Shown here piece by piece: positions 57,898-64,000 of a DNA stretch of 64,000 nucleotides. Location of the stretch: the NCBI GenBank assembly GCA_050247355.1, contig JBFWUK010000006.1, positions 46,593-110,592 on the forward strand, written 5' to 3'. Within the stretch, counting starts at the first letter, position 1. The number at the start of each line of letters is the position of its first letter. This DNA comes from Vicinamibacterales bacterium (lineage in GTDB: Bacteria; Acidobacteriota; Vicinamibacteria; Vicinamibacterales; UBA2999). Both the position numbers and the translations under genes were made by a program. The notes under the pieces are model-generated. The model saw only the letters and a list, made by a program, of their open reading frames with translations, was not told where the DNA came from and did not search any database.

Positions 57898-58850
57898 CGG
57901 CGAACACGATTAGCGTGATCGTGCCGACGATTGGCCGGGCCGAATCGCTGACCCAGTTGCTGACGTCGCTGGCGGGGCAGACGCGCCGGCCGGACGAGGT
58001 GATCGTTGCCGACGGCAGCAGCACGGGGGAAGTCGCGGCCGTCGTCGGTCAACCGCAATGGGCCGGCCGTGGGCTGACCGTCCGGCGCGTGGCCGTGCGC
58101 CCACCGAACGCCGTGCGGCAGCGCGTTGCCGCGATCGCCGAGTCATCGTCCGAATACTTGCTGCTGCTCGATGACGACGTCGTGCTCGAGCCGGACTGCG
58201 TGGAACAACTGGTGACGGCCCTGGCAAGCCGGCCCGGCGTGGTTGGCGCCTTCGCCGACTTCAACAACCAGTCGTGGGCCATGCCGACGCGCGCGTGGCA
58301 TTTCTATTTACGGCATGTTCTCGGCATGGGGGAAGGCTCCTGGCAGGGGCGTGTGGTCGGGCCGCTGCTGCGGTTCGGCTACAACCCGGCGCCGGCCGAG
58401 ATTCGACCGATCGAGTGGCTCGGCACCTGCAACACCATGATTCGCCGCTCGGCGTACGACCAGGTGGGTGGGTTCTCCGACTTCTTCCTGCACCGGTGCA
58501 CGATGAATGAGGACGTTGACCTCGGTCTCAAGATGTCAACTGTGGGCAGCATCGTGTTCTGTCCAGCCGCCCGCATGGGCCACTTTCACGCTCCTGGTGG
58601 CCGGGTGTCGCCGGCCGTGGCGGCGGAGGACGATCTCTACAATCGCTACCAGGTGATGCGGCGGACGCAGCGCCGTCCCGCGCTGACCGCGTTCTTTCTG
58701 GCGGTGTTGTATTTCTCCGTCGAGACCGTCAGCAATCTCGGTGGAGCGGTGCTGCGGCGCCGCAGCAACGGCCTCGGTGCGCGCTCTTGGGGACGCCTGA
58801 GGGCTCTGGCCAGGATTCTCACCGGCCCACCGTCACGGCGGATGCCGTGA
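57894..58850 (+). CDS. Glycosyltransferase family 2
   Basis: SVIVPT, LDDD, VGGF, EDVDL. Confidence 0.88.
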   Translation: MTANTISVIVPTIGRAESLTQLLTSLAGQTRRPDEVIVADGSSTGEVAAVVGQPQWAGRGLTVRRVAVRPPNAVRQRVAAIAESSSEYLLLLDDDVVLEPDCVEQLVTALASRPGVVGAFADFNNQSWAMPTRAWHFYLRHVLGMGEGSWQGRVVGPLLRFGYNPAPAEIRPIEWLGTCNTMIRRSAYDQVGGFSDFFLHRCTMNEDVDLGLKMSTVGSIVFCPAARMGHFHAPGGRVSPAVAAEDDLYNRYQVMRRTQRRPALTAFFLAVLYFSVETVSNLGGAVLRRRSNGLGARSWGRLRALARILTGPPSRRMP

Positions 58851-59683
58851 AGAACTACGCCCGTCTCGTCTGGGGGCACAAGCGGCCGGTGCGCTTCTTG
58901 CTGGCGCGCGTGCTAATGGCGACGGGGGCATGTCGTTGGCTGACCGTCCGCCAGGACGGGTTTGTTTTGCGCTTCCACCCCGCCAACCTCTCGTCGCAGC
59001 TGTGGATCGATCCCCACGAACGCGACGACTCTCTCGAATTGTTCCACGCGTATCTGAAGCCCGGCGATCGGGTGGTGGATGTCGGCGCCAACATCGGCCA
59101 CACGGTCCTCGCCGCCGCGGTTCGGGTCGGCCGGTCCGGGCACGTGACTGCGATCGAACCGCACCCCCGGACATTCGCGTTTCTCCAGGAGAACATCGCT
59201 CTCAACGGCATGGCGAACGTCGCGCCGGTCAACGTCGCCGTTGGCGCGAACGTCGGCAGCGCGGCATTCTCCGATGACCGCCGCGATGACATGAACCGGA
59301 TCGACGGCGGCAGCCTGCAGGTGGCCGTCAGGCGCCTCGATGACGTGGTGCCGGAAGGCGAGTCCCCGGCGCTCCTCAAGGTAGACGTGGAAGGCTACGA
59401 GAAGTTCGTTTTCGACGGCGCCACCAAGCTGTTGCAGCGCACGCAGTGCGTATATTTCGAAGTCAGCAACGTGCACTTCGCGCGGTTCGGTTACAGCATC
59501 CGCGATCTGCTGCTGTTGCTGGAGGCAGCCGGCTTTCGCCTTTTCCGCCAGGATCCGCCGACCCGGTTCGTGCCGATTACGACCGCCTTTGCCACTGAAG
59601 GCTGCGAGAACCTGATCGCGGTCCGGGACGTCGACGATTTCGCCCGACGCACCGGCTGGGCGCGAACGCCGGGTGACGCATGA
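58847..59683 (+). CDS. FkbM-family methyltransferase
   Basis: VDVGANIG, IEP, KVDVEGYE. Confidence 0.9.
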   Translation: MKNYARLVWGHKRPVRFLLARVLMATGACRWLTVRQDGFVLRFHPANLSSQLWIDPHERDDSLELFHAYLKPGDRVVDVGANIGHTVLAAAVRVGRSGHVTAIEPHPRTFAFLQENIALNGMANVAPVNVAVGANVGSAAFSDDRRDDMNRIDGGSLQVAVRRLDDVVPEGESPALLKVDVEGYEKFVFDGATKLLQRTQCVYFEVSNVHFARFGYSIRDLLLLLEAAGFRLFRQDPPTRFVPITTAFATEGCENLIAVRDVDDFARRTGWARTPGDA

Positions 59684-60555
59684 CACCGGTCACGGCCATC
59701 GTCACCGCCTACCAGCGGATCGAGCAGACTCTCGAGACGCTCCGTCGGCTCGAACTCTGCGACCCGGCTCCGGCGGAGATCCTCGTGCACATCGACGGCA
59801 ATCAGCTGGACTGCGCCGCCGCCATCCGCGAGGCCCATCCCGGCACCCGCGTGCTGGTCAGCGCGACGAACATCGGCCCCGGTGGCGGCCGCAACCGCCT
59901 GCTGGCCGAAGCCGCCCACGAAATCGTCGCCAGCTTCGACGACGACTCGTATCCCATTGACTCGGACTACTTCGCGCGTCTCGTCGAGGTCGCCGGCCGG
60001 TTTTCTGAGGCCGCGGTCATCGGCGCGCACATCTATCATCGCGACGAGCCGCCGGCGCCCGACGCGCCGGCCGCCAGCTGGGTCGCCGATTTCTCGGGCT
60101 GCGGTTGCGCGTATCGTCGCAGTCGGTTTCTGGCGACCAGGGGATATGTCCCGCTGGCGACCGCCTACGGCATGGAGGAAGTGGACCTCGCCCTGCAGTT
60201 GCACGGGCGTGGACAACGCGTCCTGCAAACGCCATGGCTGCGCGTCTACCACGACACGGATCGGGCTCGGCACGCGGATCCCGAAGTGACGGCGGCCAGC
60301 ATCGCCAACCTGGCGCTTCTGACATACCTCCGCTATCCCATTGCCATGTGGGGCGTTGGCGTGATCCAGTGCGCTACCCGTGTTTGGTGGTGCCTGACCC
60401 ATGCACGGAGTCGCGGGATCTTGACCGGTCTCGCGCGCATTCCCGCCCTGGTCCAGAAACACGCGGTGGCGCGGGCGCCGGTCTCCGTCACGGCGCTGCG
60501 ATCGTACCTGCGTCTCCGACGGCGTCCCGTGCCGGCCGCGATGGACGGCGCATGA
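59680..60555 (+). CDS. Glycosyltransferase family 2
   Basis: GGGRN, FDDD, EEVDL. Confidence 0.85.
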   Translation: MTPVTAIVTAYQRIEQTLETLRRLELCDPAPAEILVHIDGNQLDCAAAIREAHPGTRVLVSATNIGPGGGRNRLLAEAAHEIVASFDDDSYPIDSDYFARLVEVAGRFSEAAVIGAHIYHRDEPPAPDAPAASWVADFSGCGCAYRRSRFLATRGYVPLATAYGMEEVDLALQLHGRGQRVLQTPWLRVYHDTDRARHADPEVTAASIANLALLTYLRYPIAMWGVGVIQCATRVWWCLTHARSRGILTGLARIPALVQKHAVARAPVSVTALRSYLRLRRRPVPAAMDGA

Positions 60556-61781
60556 CGACTGGTGATGCCGCCACGTGGGTCTGCTGTCATCTCGGCGCGC
60601 GCGAGCACTACGCCGTGCCACGCGCGCTTCATGGTCGGCGCCGGCTGCGGCAACTGGTGACCGACGCGTGGGTGCCGCCGGGCAGTGTCTGGGCGGGAAT
60701 GCCTGGCGCGTTGCCGCGACGGTTGTCGGAGCGATTCCACGCCGACCTCGCTGACGCGAGCGTGACGGATTTCACCGTGCGGCTGCTGGCGCGCGAAGCG
60801 GCTTGGCGCCTGCAGGGCACCAGTGGCTGGAACCTGTTGATGGCGCGCAATCGGTGGTTCGGCCGTCGCGCCGCCAACGCCCTGCGCAGGCTCTCGCGCG
60901 CAAGCGATCAGACCGTGGTGTTCGCGCATAGCTATTCCGCGCGGCAGGTCCTGGCCGAAGCCAAGGCTCGCGGCTGGACTACCGTCCTCGGGCAGATCGA
61001 TCCGGGACCGGAGCACTTTCGAATCGCCGCGCAGTGTGCGAAGGAATGGCCGGAATACGGCCCCGCGCCTGAAGCGCCACCCGCCGCCTATTTCGAATCG
61101 TGGCGCGCCGAGTGCGAGTCGGCCAACTGGATCGTCGTGAACTCCGAGTGGGCGCGTGACGCCTTGCAGCGGGCCGGGATTGCCCCTTCGAAACTCCGGG
61201 TTATCCCGCTCGCTTACGAGCCGGAGTTGGGCGGCGCTCACCCCGACCGGCAGTACCCGACCGCGTTTACCCGGGCTCGCCCCATGCGCCTCCTGTTCGT
61301 CGGGCATGTCGCCGTCGCCAAGGGGATGCCGGCTGTGCTCGAGGCGGTCGCGCAGCTGACCGAGTTACCGATCGAACTTCGCGTGGTCGGGGCCATGGCG
61401 ATGGATATTCCACGACGATTTATAGACCACCCGGGGATTCGGTGGGTGGGCCCGGTGCCACGACTGGAAGTGATGCGCCACTACCGTGAGAGCGACCTGC
61501 TGGTTTTCCCCTCGTACTCCGATGGCTTTGGCATGGCGCAGGTCGAGGCGCAGGGGTGGCGCCTGCCAATCCTCGCGTCGCGGCACTGCGGCCGCGTCGT
61601 CGCCGACGGCATCACCGGCCTGCTGCTGCCGGAAGTGACCCCGGCCGCGATTGCCGCCGCGCTGCGCCGACTCGCTGCCGCGCCAGAACTGCTCGCGTCC
61701 TTCGCGCGCGCGTCTGCCGGCCCCCGGCCGCCCGGGCTCGCGGCGCTGACCGAAGCTCTGCTGGGGCTCGAAACACCGTGA
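60552..61781 (+). CDS. Glycosyltransferase family 4
   Basis: LFVG...KG, PSYSDGFGMAQVEA. Confidence 0.88.
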   Translation: MTTGDAATWVCCHLGAREHYAVPRALHGRRRLRQLVTDAWVPPGSVWAGMPGALPRRLSERFHADLADASVTDFTVRLLAREAAWRLQGTSGWNLLMARNRWFGRRAANALRRLSRASDQTVVFAHSYSARQVLAEAKARGWTTVLGQIDPGPEHFRIAAQCAKEWPEYGPAPEAPPAAYFESWRAECESANWIVVNSEWARDALQRAGIAPSKLRVIPLAYEPELGGAHPDRQYPTAFTRARPMRLLFVGHVAVAKGMPAVLEAVAQLTELPIELRVVGAMAMDIPRRFIDHPGIRWVGPVPRLEVMRHYRESDLLVFPSYSDGFGMAQVEAQGWRLPILASRHCGRVVADGITGLLLPEVTPAAIAAALRRLAAAPELLASFARASAGPRPPGLAALTEALLGLETP

Positions 61782-62857
61782 CCAACCGCGCGACCCCATG
61801 CGATCCCTGGTTCATCGAACACCTGGTGTGCCCGATCGACCGTCGTCGAGTGCAGCTCGAAGGCGAGTCGCTGGTTTGTGCCGAGGCGCATCGATACCCC
61901 ATCGTTGACGGCGTACCGGTGATGTTACCGGGGGGGCAGGCGCCGACCATGGCCGGCACCGAACACTCCCTGCGCCGCGCGCACGGGCAGTCTGTCGACC
62001 AGCGCCGTCCGGACCTGTATTTGGAATCGCTCGGCATCAGCGACGACGAGAAGAGCGGCGTGGTGGACCTGGCCGAACGAGGTGGACCGATCGATCCGGT
62101 CGTGGCCTACCTCGTGGCCGCGACCAACGGCTTGATGTACCGTCACCTGATTGGCACCCTCGACCGCTATCCGATTCCGACCATCCCCCTGCCGGCCGGC
62201 GAGGGGCGCTTGATGCTCGATGTTGGGTGTAGTTGGGGCCGATGGTCACTGGCGGCGCATATGCAAGGTTACCGGGTCGTCGGTCTCGACCCCTCGCTTG
62301 GCGCCGTGATGGCCGCGCGACGCGTGGCCCGGCAGGCCGGCGCGCCTAATCGCTACGTGGTCGGGGATGCGCGCTGTCTGCCTCTGGCCTCGGAACTGTT
62401 CGACGTCGTGTACTCGTACAGCGTGGTGCAGCATTTCTCGAGGTCCGATGCGACCGCGGCGGCAGGGGAGATGGGTCGCGTGCTGAAACCCGGCGGCGTC
62501 GCCAAGGTGCAGATGGCCACCCGCTACGGCGTGCGCTGCCTCTATCACCAGGCCCGCAGGGGTTTCCGCGATGGCCGCGGTTTCGAGGTGCGCTACTGGA
62601 GCCTCTCGGAATTAGCGCGATTGTTCGGAGCGGCGATCGGCGAGACGCGGTGCGAGCCCGACGGCTTCTTCGGCATCGGGCTGCAAGCGTCGGACGAAGC
62701 CCTGATGACGCCACGCCTGCGGCGCGCGCTTCGTGCCTCCGAGATGCTGAAAGCCGCGAGCCGCAGGTTTCCGGCGTTGACCAGGGTGGCCGACAGCGTG
62801 TTTGTGACGGCCGCCAAGGCGGCCTCGACGCCGGGCGGAACGGTCGGGTCCCTGTGA
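61778..62857 (+). CDS. SAM methyltransferase with N-terminal Trm112-like domain
   Basis: LVCP...C...YPIVDGVPVM, then LDVGCSWG, GDA, VLKPGG. Confidence 0.8.
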   Translation: MTNRATPCDPWFIEHLVCPIDRRRVQLEGESLVCAEAHRYPIVDGVPVMLPGGQAPTMAGTEHSLRRAHGQSVDQRRPDLYLESLGISDDEKSGVVDLAERGGPIDPVVAYLVAATNGLMYRHLIGTLDRYPIPTIPLPAGEGRLMLDVGCSWGRWSLAAHMQGYRVVGLDPSLGAVMAARRVARQAGAPNRYVVGDARCLPLASELFDVVYSYSVVQHFSRSDATAAAGEMGRVLKPGGVAKVQMATRYGVRCLYHQARRGFRDGRGFEVRYWSLSELARLFGAAIGETRCEPDGFFGIGLQASDEALMTPRLRRALRASEMLKAASRRFPALTRVADSVFVTAAKAASTPGGTVGSL

Positions 62858-63687
62858 AGATTCACGGCATGCTGCTCGTGAAGAACGAGGCGGACATACT
62901 CGAATGGTCGCTCGCCGACGCATCCAGGTACCTGGACTACATCTACGTCCTCGACAACGGCAGCGATGATGGCACGTGGGAGTTGGTGCAGGCGATTGCC
63001 GCGGCCAATAGCAGGGTCGTGCCGATGGGGAGGGAACTGGCGCCGTTCTCGGATGCGCTGCGCAGCCGCATCTTCAACGCCTTTCGCGAGCGCGCACAGG
63101 AGGGCGACTGGTGGTGCCGGTTCGATGCCGATGAGATCTACGCCGAGGACCCGCGCGCCAAACTGGCGGCGGTGGCACCCCATCAGCACGTTGTGTTCGG
63201 CCAGTTCCTGCTGTACGAACTGACCCACGACGAGGCCGACCGCCTCGGGGGAGGAAACGCAGGGGACCGGCCGCCGACCATCTCGCCGGCCAACTGCCCG
63301 CGTTTCTACTTGAAGTCCTATCTCCACGCTGAAGCGCGGTTCTTCAGGCACCGGCCCAAGCTGGTCTGGAATACCGGTTCCTGGCCGCGGCACATGGGGA
63401 TCAACGCCCCGGAACACGTGCTGATCAAGCACTTCCGCTACCGGTCTCCGGCGCAGATTCAACTGCGCCTCGACACCCGGCATGCGGCGACCGCCGCCGG
63501 GTGGCCGAATTTCGCGCACGATGTGGAGAACAGTTGGACCCAGAAGCTGCGGCAACCCGATGAGGTGTACTTCGACGCCCACGACGGCCGCTATGCCAGC
63601 GACTTTGCCGCGGTGGCGACCAGCAGGGAGCCGCGGAGCCACGTGCTCGTGAAGCGCCTTCTTCACGGCACCGGAATCTGGCCGTGA
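62854..63687 (+). CDS. Glycosyltransferase family 2-like
   Basis: VKNEAD, DNGSDDGT, DADE, KHFRYRS. Confidence 0.82.
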   Translation: MKIHGMLLVKNEADILEWSLADASRYLDYIYVLDNGSDDGTWELVQAIAAANSRVVPMGRELAPFSDALRSRIFNAFRERAQEGDWWCRFDADEIYAEDPRAKLAAVAPHQHVVFGQFLLYELTHDEADRLGGGNAGDRPPTISPANCPRFYLKSYLHAEARFFRHRPKLVWNTGSWPRHMGINAPEHVLIKHFRYRSPAQIQLRLDTRHAATAAGWPNFAHDVENSWTQKLRQPDEVYFDAHDGRYASDFAAVATSREPRSHVLVKRLLHGTGIWP

Positions 63688-64000
63688 TGGCAACCGCGAA
63701 CAGAGGCGCCCGGCGTTCGCCGTTCCTGAACTGGTGGGCCAGGCGCGTGCGCGCGTTGCCCAAAGGCAGGTATTGGGCGTTTCTTGCCGGCTGGATTCTC
63801 GCCGGGCGGCCGGCACGGTTCGTCGGCGAACTCGCGGGCCAGCCGTTTGTGGTCGATGCGCGGGATCGCTACACCGCCATGCACATGTTTCTATGGGGCA
63901 CCTACGAACCAGAGTTGAGCCTGGCGTTCGTGTCGAAGCTGCGGCCGGGCATGACGGTGGTCGACGTCGGCGCCAACAAGGGCTATTTCAGCGTGCTGGC
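63687..64000 (+). CDS. FkbM-family methyltransferase (3' truncated by window; not in the ORF track)
   Basis: Manual translation from ATG 63687 gives ...GTYEPE...LRPGMTVVDVGANKGYFSVL. Confidence 0.8.
   Translation, partial: MATANRGARRSPFLNWWARRVRALPKGRYWAFLAGWILAGRPARFVGELAGQPFVVDARDRYTAMHMFLWGTYEPELSLAFVSKLRPGMTVVDVGANKGYFSVL

Overview
GC-rich bacterial chromosome segment, probably Acidobacteriota of the Vicinamibacterales type (inferred from the PadR plus duplicated orphan ABC permeases and the repeat families). Gene order: tamB (partial), a multi-POTRA Omp85 protein, a SurA-like protein, a CPBP protease, a sigma54 two-component system with a lipoprotein, NrdR-controlled class II ribonucleotide reductase nrdJ, a DinB-family gene, FkbM, recQ, a secreted MBL hydrolase, a BNR-repeat protein, PadR with two ADOP permeases, assorted enzymes and transporters, an MrfA/MrfB-like helicase-exonuclease pair, rpmE, aguAB, rho-engB-lon-clpX-clpP-tig with tRNA-Leu, an orphan Dam-type methylase, an ECF sigma/anti-sigma/membrane-protein module, and a long surface-polysaccharide locus running off the right end. 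No CRISPR array, prophage, transposase or rRNA was seen. The most notable signals are sub-genic: (i) REP-like palindromes inserted in frame inside conserved genes; (ii) intergenic elements built from 7-9 bp tandem units in inverted arms, often ending on stop codons; (iii) frequent leaderless-type -10 boxes; (iv) twin divergent ECF promoters; (v) an SSB-like acidic tail on the repair helicase. Product calls come from motif recognition only; no database searches were run.
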